Source: Candidatus Cloacimonadales bacterium
Lineage (GTDB): Bacteria; Cloacimonadota; Cloacimonadia; Cloacimonadales; JAFGVF01
DNA length: 64,000 nucleotides
Reading direction: 5' to 3'
NCBI GenBank assembly: GCA_963677815.1
Contig: OY782499.1
Location: 202,347-266,346 of the forward strand
The stretch's first letter is position 1, and every line of letters starts with the position of its first letter. Both the position numbers and the translations under genes were made by a program. Positions 41,242 to 50,895 of this stretch are shown one piece after another. The notes beneath the pieces were generated by a model, which made no database searches, was not told the DNA's origin, and saw only the letters and a list, made by a program, of their open reading frames with translations.

Positions 41242-41278
41242 GGAAACACCCCCTATTTTCCCCCTCAAAGAGGGGGAT
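41242..41278 (+). repeat. family-3 G5/C5 hairpin element
   Basis: Sequence is GGAAACACCCCCTATTTTCCCCCTCaaagAGGGGGAT. Confidence 0.9.
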
Positions 41279-41312
41279 TTTGTAAGGATCAACAACTTGT
41301 GTTTCAGGGGGA

Positions 41313-41606
41313 TTAGTCTAATGTCCTGTAGTATTCACGCATAAAATGAATCCAATTATTATTTGTTGTGCCTTCTGCAATTCTTCTCTGGTTTAATTCT
41401 TCTTTTTCCTGGGGAGTTAAGGCTTTATATGCCTTACTCAACATAGTTTTGATTTCGCCAAAGTGTTGATTATTTTCCACAAGCCTTGGATTTGATTTTT
41501 TTCTTAAACGATATTTAGCTTCCTTCTTATATTTTACCAGAGTTAAACCATTTTTCTTTACCTTTGTTTTAAAACCCCAAGGTATTTTTAATCCGATTTT
41601 AATCAT
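41313..41606 (-). CDS. small basic hypothetical protein (97 aa)
   Basis: A strong RBS (AGGAGG, 4-nt spacing) precedes the ATG. The N-terminal half is Lys/Arg-rich. I recognise no family. Confidence 0.55.
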   Translation of the reverse strand: MIKIGLKIPWGFKTKVKKNGLTLVKYKKEAKYRLRKKSNPRLVENNQHFGEIKTMLSKAYKALTPQEKEELNQRRIAEGTTNNNWIHFMREYYRTLD

Positions 41607-41728
41607 GTGACCTCCTATTAATAATTATTTTGTTGTTACACTAACTTATGGGGTCCGTTTTTTGGAAAATGGTGCGTTTTTACTGAAAATAATTGATTTG
41701 ATTCTAGTATTTTGGAGTTCATACTTGG

Positions 41729-41786
41729 CTTAATTGTTAGTATCTCAATAGTTCATTGGAATTTTCTAGAGAGAGTAACAATCAAG
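41729..41786 (-). repeat. 58-bp long-stem hairpin element (family 4), copy C (left arm degenerate)
   Basis: Sequence is CTTAATTGTTAGTATCTC-N22-GAGAGAGTAACAATCAAG. The loop is the reverse complement of the copy A loop (shared TTCCAATGA). Confidence 0.85.
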
Positions 41787-41819
41787 CTACAGGGAGGATG
41801 GATGACTACTTCTGCTTAT

Positions 41820-42001
41820 AACTGGGAAGGGGGATTCCCAGTTATTTAAGAGAAGAGCGGGCTGGAATCCCGCATTCCCAGTTAGCATAGCAAAAGCCCC
41901 GCTTTCGCAGGGCTTTTTAATTTATTTGAGTGTGCCGGCAAGGATGCCGGCGCTCCCAGTTATTTAAGAGAAGAGCGGGCTGGAATCCCGCATTCCCAGT
42001 T
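41820..42001. repeat. REP cluster abutting the P4 stop codon
   Basis: It contains a collapsed palindrome AACTGGGAAGGGGGATTCCCAGTT and three reverse REPs, including the stem variant GCCGGCAAGGATGCCGGC. The last REP ends in ..CCCAGTT, and its final TT plus the next A form the P4 TAA stop on the minus strand. Confidence 0.95.
41893..41916 (-). terminator. probable terminator of P4 (after two REPs)
   Basis: GC hairpin AAAGCCCCGC-tttc-GCAGGGCTTT. The T-run is short on the minus strand (TTTTG) and longer on the plus strand. Confidence 0.5.
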
Positions 42002-45000
42002 ATTTAGCAGGAGTGAAGGCATCAGTAGATGCTTCAATCTTGAAGAATTTCATATTATCAGCTCCGTCATTAGTATATGAGTTAGTACCTACAGTTTGGA
42101 TTAATTCAAATCCACTATCAGGGTTCATAGAACCGTATACTTTATAGGAGTTAGCATTGGTAACTTCTTCCCAAGTAATTACGATACCTGTAGCTTCTTT
42201 AACAATAGAAGTAATTACAGGTGTAGCAAGTTCAGTCACACCACCACCAGCTATGATATCATCTGCATCACGTGGGTTAAGACCATATTGGTTATAAGAA
42301 TAATCCACGACACCTGTGATAGAAGTAAATGTGTCGTTTACTGAAGCTGCAGGAATAAGTTCAAAGATACCATTATCAATTTGAGCATCACCTGAGCCAT
42401 CAGTAACAAACCATTCATCATTACTATTAGCAGCGGTTGTAACAGTTAAGTTTTCAATCTTCACTAAAACACCTTCATAGGCTTCGTTAGAAGCTAAATC
42501 TGCAGTAGTAACTACAAGCGGTTCAGGAAGAGTGTTTCCTTGAGAGACAACTTGGAAGTCTGTTACAGTCTTTAGTTCAGTCCAACCATAGTATTCATCT
42601 ACAGTAGCACGGAATGAAACAATGTCACCTAGACTAGGGCTGTTTGTAGAATCATAAACATAAATACCATTCCAAGCACCACCTTGAGGAGCCGAGATAA
42701 AGTATCTTGAACCTGCATAATTAGTAGCAGTTACGATACCTTCTACAAGAACATCTTGTCCGTCATAAGGAGAAGGATAAGTTCCATCGCCAGCTTCAGT
42801 AGTATATTGAATATCATAGATAGGTGTAGGAAGAACTTCATTAGCAATACCTGTTAAGTCAATAATTACATCATCGAAACCATCAGCAGAATGAGTAATC
42901 TGACCATAAACAGTTCCAGCATTAGTAGCATTGAATTTAACGTTGATAGTAACTTCTTCTTCTTGTAATTCGAAGAAGAAATCAGAACCCCAAGCACCAT
43001 CTGGGTCTTGGATTTGGAAATCGCCAGTTACTTCTACAAGTCCTAAATCAACGCCTTGCATATAAAGGACGTAAGATTGACTAGCAGATTCTACACCAAC
43101 TTCTGTTTCAAAGGTCATAGCAGTTTTTGATATGTTAAGACCGTCTTCATAACCAGTCACTTCTTGGATTTCAGAAGCGAAGCGAGAAGTTAGTTGAGAT
43201 GTACCTTGATATTCAATAGCCAGACCAGTCACATTAAGGTTATTAGCAGAAATGTCTGAACCAATATAATCAGCTTCAGAGAAATTAGTTCTGAAGACAA
43301 GGTTATTAGTTCCATCTGTTAAGGTGTAGTTTTGGCCAGAAGCGAAAGTACCAGTTTCAACAAATGTAACACCTTGGACTGTTACCACTTGTGATTCATA
43401 AGCGTTGAAGTTAGTATTTAAGTCTGCAATAGTAACTACAATAGGAGTAACAGTATTTCCTGTTGAAGTAGCAGGGTCGCTATTTACAGAAGGTACAAAT
43501 TGAAGAGTTCCGTTATATTCAGTAAGAGAACCTTCAAGATTAGTGATACCATCATAGAGGTTATAAGTAGTAGTTATAACTCCAGAGTTATCATCAATTA
43601 GAATACCTGCAGTAGCATCTTGGATATATTTTTGATTACGAGAAGTTCTTTGGTAAGTTAAGATAGCTTCCCCAGTTAATCTATAGATAGTACCATCAGT
43701 GAGCCCTGCTCTTAAGTCAGCAATAGTAGCAACTTCAGTAACAGCTGAGAAAGTGAAGTCTGCAGAAACTACAGGACTATTTAGATAACCTTCTTTCATA
43801 GCAATAGCTTGGATAGTAGCATCAGCACTTAAGCTAAATGGAGCTGAATAAAGTGTTGAAGCATCAGTAGGTGTATCACCATTAGTAGTGTAATAGATTG
43901 AGGCACCAGCAGTTTCACAGGTAAGTGTAACATCTATTGGATTTTCGAAATTTCCACCATTAGGAGAGATTACAGGACTAGCAACTACTTCCATTGGTTC
44001 AGTGTGAGAACCAAGATATGAGAAGGTATCACTTGGATAAACAATCCACTGTGAATCTTCAGGAGAAGTTCCAGCAGAAGCTGTCCAATCAGTAGTACCC
44101 TGAGTAACAGTCATCTTTCTAACAAGAGTATGGTTAGCAGTAGCTCCAGTATCTCCAGCTACTTCCCAAGTAGAACCAGGGTCAACAGTTGGAGTACCAA
44201 AGACATCAATAAGGATACCATTATAGAAGAGACCAACTGCATCATCACCATTAAAATAAGTAACGTTACTTGTTTCATCTGCTATGGCAAGAATTGAAGC
44301 ATCGGCTGAAGCATTAGCTATAACATAAACATCACCGGATGCAAGTGTACCTTGCATATCAGAAGTATTACCCCAGTCACCACCATTAGAAGCTAATCTT
44401 ACAGTATAAGGAGTTAAATCAACATCCGCTCCAGTACCATTATAGATTTCAACAGCTTTATTATTAGAAGAACCTTCAATATATTCAGAAATAATCATAC
44501 CTGTAGGGACAATAATCTCTTCGATAGTGATTACAGATTCAGCAATAGAGCTATCAAGCCAGTCAGTTTTAACAGCCATAGCTTTAACAGTAGTAGTAGC
44601 ATCAACAGTGAAAGGTGTAGTATATTCACTTGATCCAGTAGTTGGGTCATTACCATCTATAGTATAATAGATAGTTGCACCATCGGTTGCACAAGTGATA
44701 GTAACTTCTTGGCTTTCATAGTAAGTTCCTGTTGCTGGAGCGATTTCAGGAGTAGCAACTGTTGAAGGACCAGCTAATTCTGTAAAATCAGCAAGGTTTC
44801 TAGCAACAATTTGAGGACTTCCATTATATTCAGCAACATAAGCGACCACATCTAAACCACTAGTAAAGATAGCCTGTCCAATATAATCAGCTTCAGAGAA
44901 AGAAGTTCTGAAGGTTAAGTTATCAGTACCATCAGTGAGTGTATAGTTTGTATTTGCTGCAAAAGTACCTGCTGAAGAGAAGTTTACACTTTCTAGTTTA

Positions 45001-48000
45001 ACTAATCTTGATTCATAAGTATCAATTGCAGAAGTAATATCAGTAATTGATACTACTAAAGGAGTGACAGTATTTCCTGTTGAAGTAGCAGAACCTGGGT
45101 CTGCAGTTGGAACAAATTGAAGGATTCCATTATATTCATTAAGAGTACCTTCAATATTTGTAATACCGTCATATTGATTATAAGTTGTTGTGATAAGACC
45201 AGAGTTATCATCGATTAAGATACCAGCAGTGGCATCTTGGATATATTTTTGATTACGAGAATCTCTTTGATAAGTTAAGATAGCTTGACCAGTTAATCTA
45301 TAAATAGTACCATCAGTAGCACCAGCTCTTAAGCTTGCGATATCAGCAACCTCAGTAGCAGTAATTGAAGTGATGGTATATTCAGCAGTAGCAATAGCTG
45401 AATCATCATAATCAACTAAAGTAGCAAAGGCTTTCACAGTAGTATCTTCGGTGATAGTTAAATCACTAGAATATACAAGTGAGCCTGTAGTTGGATCACT
45501 ACCATCTAAGGTATAATAGATAGTAGCACCATCAGTTGCACAAGTAATAGTAACTACAACTTGGTCATTATAAGAACCAGCAGCAGGGGTAAATTCAGGA
45601 GTTGCAACTGTAGGAGTTGGTTCGACTCCATAGCTTCCTAGATAAGCAAATGTATCTTGTGGGTAGATATTCCATTGAGAAGAAGCTTCATCTGTACCAG
45701 CTGAAAGAGCCCAGTCAGTAGTTCCTTCAGTAACTGTTAACTTTCTAACAAGAGTATAATCTGCAGTAGTACCAGCACCACCAGCTACATCCCAAGATGA
45801 ACCTGGATCAGAACCGAAAACACCAATCATATCAATTGCGATATCATTATAACATAGAGCTACGGTATCATCACCGTTAAAGTTACAAACACCACTTGTT
45901 GCATCTGCAAGAGCGAGAACAGCTGCCTCAGCACCAGAGTTTGCAATAACGAAAACTGCTTCAGCTGCTAGTGTACCATTGAAATCGTAAGTAGTACCCC
46001 AATCTCCACCATTGAAAGCAGTTTTTATAGTATAAGGTGTTAAATCGACTTCAGCACCAGTTCCGTTATAAATTTCGATAACTTTGTTGCTACCAGAACC
46101 TTCTATATATTCAGAAATAATCATACCAACTGGCATTTCATTTAGATCAACAATAGTATAATCAGCACTTGCAATAGCAGAATCATCATAATCAACTAAG
46201 CTAGCAAAAGCTTTGACTGTTGCATCAGCAGTTAAAGTAAATGGAGCTGAATAAACGTCAGAAGCTGTTGTTGGGTCATTTCCATCTATAGTATAATAGA
46301 TAGTAGCACCTTCTGTAGCACAAGTGATAGTAACTTCAACTTGGTTATCATAGCTACCAGCTACAGGACTTATTTCAGGTGTTGCAACTATTTGAGCTGG
46401 ATCAACACCATGACTTCCTAAATAGGTAAAGGTATCTTGAGGATAAACATTCCATTGCGAAGAAGTTTCATCTGTACCAGCTGAAACAGCCCAGTCAGTT
46501 GTACCTTGAGTAACTTCAACTTTTCTTACAAGAGTGTAATTTACAGTTGTACCAACTCCACCAGCTACATCCCATGAAGAACCTGGGTCCACTCCAGGAA
46601 CACCAATTACATCAATAAGAGTAGTATTGTAGAAGAGACCAATTGCATCATCACCGTTGAAGTAACAAACATTACTTGTAGCATCTGTTACGGCAAGAAT
46701 AGCTGCAACTGAACCTGAGTTTGAGATAACAAAGACATCCCCAGCAGTAAGTGTACCAGTCATATCATAATTATTACCCCAATCTCCACCATTAGAGCCT
46801 AGTTTAACACTATAAGGTGTTAAATCAACATCTGCACCTGTACCATTGTAGATTTCAATTGTTTTATTATTTGAACCACCTTCAATGTATTCAGAGATAA
46901 TCATACCTGTTGGTATATCACCTGCTTCTGGACTTACTGTATAAGAAGCTTCTTGGCTGGTAGATGTTGCATTATCATCATCAGTTGCTTCAATTACATA
47001 ATATACAGTAGTTTCTGCTAATTGAGCTGGAATATCAGCTGTATAAGAAGCACGGGCAGGAGTCATTGCAGTAGTTGTAGTATAGACGCCTGTTTCAGTT
47101 CCCCATTTTAAATTGATAGTAGCAATAGTGCCATCATTATCAACTGCATTAGCTGTAACTGTTACAGCATCAGTAGGATAAATTGTAAGAGGAGCATGAG
47201 TTACATCTGATATTACAGGAAGTTGGTTAGCAGTTACATCAAGAATAACATCATCTGCATCTCTTGGGCTAATACCAAATGAACCATATTTGTAGTCAAC
47301 AATACCTGTAATTGAAGAATAAACCTGTCCAACACTTGGAGCTGGGTCTGGAATATAGCCATATTCATCATCAATTTGAGCATTTCCAGAACCATCTGTT
47401 ACATACCATTCATTATAGGTAGAAGGTTCTTGAGTAACTGATACATTTTCAACAGTAACTAATACGCCTTCATAAGCTTCTGTAGATGCCTGAGCAGTAG
47501 TAATTACAGCAGGAGTTACAGAGTTTCCTTGTGAAAGAGTTTGGAAACCATTGATATTACTTAGTTCTGTTAAAGTATTATATTCAACAACTTGTCCATT
47601 AAAAGTAACTTCATCACCTATTGTAGGATTAGCTGTGTTGTTATAAACAAGGATTCCATTCCAAGCGCCACCTGCAGGAGCAGAGATATTGAAACCTGAA
47701 CTATTAACTGCAGTTACGATACCTGTAACATTAACAGTCTGTCCTTGATAAGCAGAAGCGTCTGAAGTTGTAGGATCAGCTACATACTGGATATCATAAA
47801 TTGAAACAGTAGGAATGATATTGATAACATAAGACTCTGAAGCCATTTGAGAATCATTCCAGCCTGCTTTAACAGCAATAGCCTTGATTGTCATATCAGC
47901 AGCAACTTCGATAGCTCCACTATAAAGAGTAGAAGCAGAAGTTGGAGTATCTCCGTTAGTAGTATAATAGATGTCTGCATCTGCAGTAGTTGTTGCTAAA

Positions 48001-50372
48001 GTAACATTTTGAACTGCATCAAAGGTTCCACCAGCTGGATTCATAGTAGGAGTAGCACAAGTAAATACAGGTTCTCCACCATAAATTGCATTAACCCATT
48101 CAGGATAATCTACGAATGGATTTCTGTTACCTTGATAATCTTCAATTTCATTATTACGAGTTATTTCAGCAGCATCAACAGGATCTTGACCATGCCATTC
48201 TAAAAGAATAGGAAGCATATTTACATTGATTGGTCCATTATTAGGAACAGGAGGGGCAAGAGGAAGGTCATAACGTACATTCATATAAAGTAATGCACGA
48301 GCTAAATCACCCTTGTGTTGATCTGTTGGTTCAAAGACAGTAACAAATTCATCATTATCACCACGATATGAAACATATCCAGTTGCATAAGAATATGAAT
48401 ATTCAACTGAATTTACAACATCAAATGATAAATTACCACGTGAAGAGTTTACACCTGAATCAGTTGGGAAAAGATGATGTACATCAGCTTTAGCTCTTAA
48501 TTCTTCATTTTGAGTATCATAATCTTCAATCCAGCTTTGAGCATAAGAGTGTTCACAATTAATGTCAGTTGGTGCAGAAGTATCACCATAAGAATGAGAA
48601 ACTTCTAAACCAGTATAAACACATGTTACTGTGTTATTTATATTATCTATATTGCTATACATGGCAGCACGAGCACCATCATAGCTTGTATTTGTGTTTG
48701 TTGAAATAAGTGTTTTTAATTGACTCTTTAAAGCAGCACCTTCTGTAGCAGTAATACCACTATAGTAAGAAGAACCACCTGAAGTAGTTACAGTAATATA
48801 AGCTGACTTATATTCTGTTCCATCACTTGTTCCTGAATCCATAACATAAAGTTTCACAGGATAAGTACCTACAGCGTAATAAGTGAAGCTTGGATTAGCA
48901 GCATCTGAATCTTCATTATTATCACCATCGAAATCCCAGCTATATAAATAAGGACTTGTCCCACCAGTAACTAAATTAGTAAAGTTAACTGTAAGAGGAA
49001 CTTGACCAGTAAGCACATCAGCTTCGAAATCAACAGTTAGAATTTCAGGAGAAGTTCCACCAGCACCCATAACTGAGAAATCATCATAATATATTACTCC
49101 GCCACCTGAGTTATCATTATAAGTTCTAACTTCAAAATAAAAGTTATCTGCAGTAGCAGGAGCAGTAAGAGTATGAGAAACTTGTTGCCAATCTGCACTG
49201 TCTGTTGAATATCCACTTGGTCTTAATTCTAAAGCATTATCAGATAATGTGCTTGTACCTTCACGCCAATAAGAATAAATTCTTCCTTTTGCATTAGCAT
49301 CATTATCTAAGAACCAATAAGAGATAGTATAAGTTTCTCCACCAACAATACCTTCAACATATTGACCTAAGTCTTTGGTGCCTGCAGTTTGCTTAGCAGA
49401 ATAAGAACCAGAATGAACAATAGTTGCTTCTTGCTCAATACTTTCTTTCTTATCCCAACCTGTTGGGCTTGTAGCAGTATCCCAAGCTTCAAGACTTCCA
49501 TTAGTCATTAATTCATCACCACTTCCACTTGTTTCTTCAGTAACAGTGATGTAATTAATTTTTTCTTCAATATCTGTGCCTAAAACTGCATCAGTAACTG
49601 TTAATTTTACAGAATAAGTTCCTGCTGAAGTATAATCATAAGCAGGATTTTCTTCAGTGGAATCAACACTTCCGTTGTTATCAAAATCCCATGCATAACC
49701 ATAAGGTGAAGTACCACCAGTTACTGCAGGAGTGAAGTTAACAGTGAGAGGGGCAAGACCGGTTACATAATCAGCTGAGAAATCAGCTGAGAGAGCTGTA
49801 GGGGTTGTGCCACCAGAATAATCTGTTACAGAAAAATCATCTATACTCAAATGAGCATTTTGGGCATCACTTAGAACTCTAATATAGATTTCGGTAGCAG
49901 AATCATTGATGTCATAAGAATAATCTACATAATTTTGATTAGCACTGGCCCCTAAAGTATGAGTATCTAAATCTATGAAATTTTCATTATCATAAGATTT
50001 TTGTAAAACAAATACATTAGTATCAGAACCATTAATATAAGCATATTTGAAACTAACTGTTTCAATTGTGTTAAGAGCAGGTGTAGTTATATGAGCTCCG
50101 GCAGAATCATCATTAATAACAAAGCCATAAGACCCTGCAATTGTATTTCCATAAGAGAAATTACCAGCTTGAACTTTTGTCCAAACTCTTCCGCTTATAG
50201 TAACAGAAGCATCTCCATAAGAAGTACTTGGATTGCTTTCAAAATCTTCAGTCCATGTATCAGCCATCAGCGAACCGATGCTTAACATCATCATTAGTAC
50301 GATAAAAATATTCAGATATCTTTTCACATATCCTCCAAATTTTTTGGTTTGTGTTAAATAATTTTCTTCCAT
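42000..50372 (-). CDS. giant secreted nuclease P4: endonuclease I domain + 3 lamin-tail domains + PKD, CBM-like, OB-like and Fn3-associated repeats; class-B C-terminal domain
   Basis: Endonuclease-I motifs lie at aa ~535-765 (NCEHSYAQSW, ADVHHLFPTDSGVNSSRGN, HKGDLARALLYM, QGNRNPFVDYPEW). Three LTD-like modules are present (GMIISEYIEG..NK.IEIYNGTGA.VDL..Y......NGGDWG...FNGDD). Two PKD modules are present (PLTVNFT...GGTSPY.Y.WDFD). The true start may be GTG at 50327 (GGAGGA 4 nt upstream, then KRYLNIFIVLMMMLSIGSLMA) rather than ATG 50372, which has no RBS. Confidence 0.85.
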   Translation of the reverse strand: MEENYLTQTKKFGGYVKRYLNIFIVLMMMLSIGSLMADTWTEDFESNPSTSYGDASVTISGRVWTKVQAGNFSYGNTIAGSYGFVINDDSAGAHITTPALNTIETVSFKYAYINGSDTNVFVLQKSYDNENFIDLDTHTLGASANQNYVDYSYDINDSATEIYIRVLSDAQNAHLSIDDFSVTDYSGGTTPTALSADFSADYVTGLAPLTVNFTPAVTGGTSPYGYAWDFDNNGSVDSTEENPAYDYTSAGTYSVKLTVTDAVLGTDIEEKINYITVTEETSGSGDELMTNGSLEAWDTATSPTGWDKKESIEQEATIVHSGSYSAKQTAGTKDLGQYVEGIVGGETYTISYWFLDNDANAKGRIYSYWREGTSTLSDNALELRPSGYSTDSADWQQVSHTLTAPATADNFYFEVRTYNDNSGGGVIYYDDFSVMGAGGTSPEILTVDFEADVLTGQVPLTVNFTNLVTGGTSPYLYSWDFDGDNNEDSDAANPSFTYYAVGTYPVKLYVMDSGTSDGTEYKSAYITVTTSGGSSYYSGITATEGAALKSQLKTLISTNTNTSYDGARAAMYSNIDNINNTVTCVYTGLEVSHSYGDTSAPTDINCEHSYAQSWIEDYDTQNEELRAKADVHHLFPTDSGVNSSRGNLSFDVVNSVEYSYSYATGYVSYRGDNDEFVTVFEPTDQHKGDLARALLYMNVRYDLPLAPPVPNNGPINVNMLPILLEWHGQDPVDAAEITRNNEIEDYQGNRNPFVDYPEWVNAIYGGEPVFTCATPTMNPAGGTFDAVQNVTLATTTADADIYYTTNGDTPTSASTLYSGAIEVAADMTIKAIAVKAGWNDSQMASESYVINIIPTVSIYDIQYVADPTTSDASAYQGQTVNVTGIVTAVNSSGFNISAPAGGAWNGILVYNNTANPTIGDEVTFNGQVVEYNTLTELSNINGFQTLSQGNSVTPAVITTAQASTEAYEGVLVTVENVSVTQEPSTYNEWYVTDGSGNAQIDDEYGYIPDPAPSVGQVYSSITGIVDYKYGSFGISPRDADDVILDVTANQLPVISDVTHAPLTIYPTDAVTVTANAVDNDGTIATINLKWGTETGVYTTTTAMTPARASYTADIPAQLAETTVYYVIEATDDDNATSTSQEASYTVSPEAGDIPTGMIISEYIEGGSNNKTIEIYNGTGADVDLTPYSVKLGSNGGDWGNNYDMTGTLTAGDVFVISNSGSVAAILAVTDATSNVCYFNGDDAIGLFYNTTLIDVIGVPGVDPGSSWDVAGGVGTTVNYTLVRKVEVTQGTTDWAVSAGTDETSSQWNVYPQDTFTYLGSHGVDPAQIVATPEISPVAGSYDNQVEVTITCATEGATIYYTIDGNDPTTASDVYSAPFTLTADATVKAFASLVDYDDSAIASADYTIVDLNEMPVGMIISEYIEGSGSNKVIEIYNGTGAEVDLTPYTIKTAFNGGDWGTTYDFNGTLAAEAVFVIANSGAEAAVLALADATSGVCNFNGDDTVALCYNDIAIDMIGVFGSDPGSSWDVAGGAGTTADYTLVRKLTVTEGTTDWALSAGTDEASSQWNIYPQDTFAYLGSYGVEPTPTVATPEFTPAAGSYNDQVVVTITCATDGATIYYTLDGSDPTTGSLVYSSDLTITEDTTVKAFATLVDYDDSAIATAEYTITSITATEVADIASLRAGATDGTIYRLTGQAILTYQRDSRNQKYIQDATAGILIDDNSGLITTTYNQYDGITNIEGTLNEYNGILQFVPTADPGSATSTGNTVTPLVVSITDITSAIDTYESRLVKLESVNFSSAGTFAANTNYTLTDGTDNLTFRTSFSEADYIGQAIFTSGLDVVAYVAEYNGSPQIVARNLADFTELAGPSTVATPEIAPATGTYYESQEVTITCATDGATIYYTIDGNDPTTGSSEYTTPFTVDATTTVKAMAVKTDWLDSSIAESVITIEEIIVPTGMIISEYIEGSSNNKAVEIYNGTGADVDLTPYTVRLASNGGDWGNTSDMQGTLASGDVYVIANASADASILAIADETSNVTYFNGDDAVGLFYNGILIDVFGTPTVDPGSTWEVAGDTGATANHTLVRKMTVTQGTTDWTASAGTSPEDSQWIVYPSDTFSYLGSHTEPMEVVASPVISPNGGNFENPIDVTLTCETAGASIYYTTNGDTPTDASTLYSAPFSLSADATIQAIAMKEGYLNSPVVSADFTFSAVTEVATIADLRAGLTDGTIYRLTGEAILTYQRTSRNQKYIQDATAGILIDDNSGVITTTYNLYDGITNLEGSLTEYNGTLQFVPSVNSDPATSTGNTVTPIVVTIADLNTNFNAYESQVVTVQGVTFVETGTFASGQNYTLTDGTNNLVFRTNFSEADYIGSDISANNLNVTGLAIEYQGTSQLTSRFASEIQEVTGYEDGLNISKTAMTFETEVGVESASQSYVLYMQGVDLGLVEVTGDFQIQDPDGAWGSDFFFELQEEEVTINVKFNATNAGTVYGQITHSADGFDDVIIDLTGIANEVLPTPIYDIQYTTEAGDGTYPSPYDGQDVLVEGIVTATNYAGSRYFISAPQGGAWNGIYVYDSTNSPSLGDIVSFRATVDEYYGWTELKTVTDFQVVSQGNTLPEPLVVTTADLASNEAYEGVLVKIENLTVTTAANSNDEWFVTDGSGDAQIDNGIFELIPAASVNDTFTSITGVVDYSYNQYGLNPRDADDIIAGGGVTELATPVITSIVKEATGIVITWEEVTNANSYKVYGSMNPDSGFELIQTVGTNSYTNDGADNMKFFKIEASTDAFTPAK

Positions 50373-50575
50373 AACTAATAAATTACTTAACTTAAATTAA
50401 TAGATAGTTGAAGCCATATCTGAGACAAAACAGTCCCCTTTTACTAAACAAAATATTTTTTAACTATAGAACTCAAATAGACTTATCTATCTTCCTAAAA
50501 GATCAGTGTAGAAGGTGTGGTATTGTTTTCTACTTATAATACGCCAAAGGCATATTTAACTTCTTTTACATACTA

Positions 50576-50603
50576 AATTTAGAATTGTTAAGATACTTGT
50601 CAA
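50576..50603 (-). promoter_or_regulatory. candidate promoter of P4
   Basis: On the minus strand: TTGACA, 16 nt, then TAAATT, about 200-250 nt upstream of the start. Confidence 0.4.
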
Positions 50604-50654
50604 GTAATAATCAGTAAGTTTTAATTAACAATTGTTTGTGAGAGGCTTGTATTG

Positions 50655-50890
50655 AATTGTCGTCCTTGCAGGACTAAGCTCTTTTTATATTTCGTAGGTA
50701 AACAGGGTCTTCGACCCCTGCCTATTATATCTTCATCTCTCCGAGATTGTTTTTGGATTAATAAACATTCTATTGATTAACTACGTGTCGTCCCGTAACT
50801 TAATCCCGTGAGGGATGCTAATATAATAGGCAGTGTTCGAAGACACTGCTAAATCGACAAAACATACCCTGAGCCCTGGAGGGGCGGAAA
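50655..50890. other. hairpin-dense GC island: candidate structured ncRNA or MITE (unclassified)
   Basis: Five short GC hairpins are present, plus an 11-bp long-range complement GCCTATTATAT (50721-50731) / ATATAATAGGC (50822-50832), in otherwise AT-rich intergenic DNA. Details are in the findings. Confidence 0.4.
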
Positions 50891-50895
50891 TCAGA

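Noticed and set aside
50868-50888. A hammerhead-like string (CUGAG...GGCGGAAA) and a tRNA T-loop-like GTTCGAAG at 50836.
   Set aside because: The CUGANGA box is not satisfied (CUGAGCC). No stem I/III context or cleavage triplet is evident. No cloverleaf can be drawn around GTTCGAAG.
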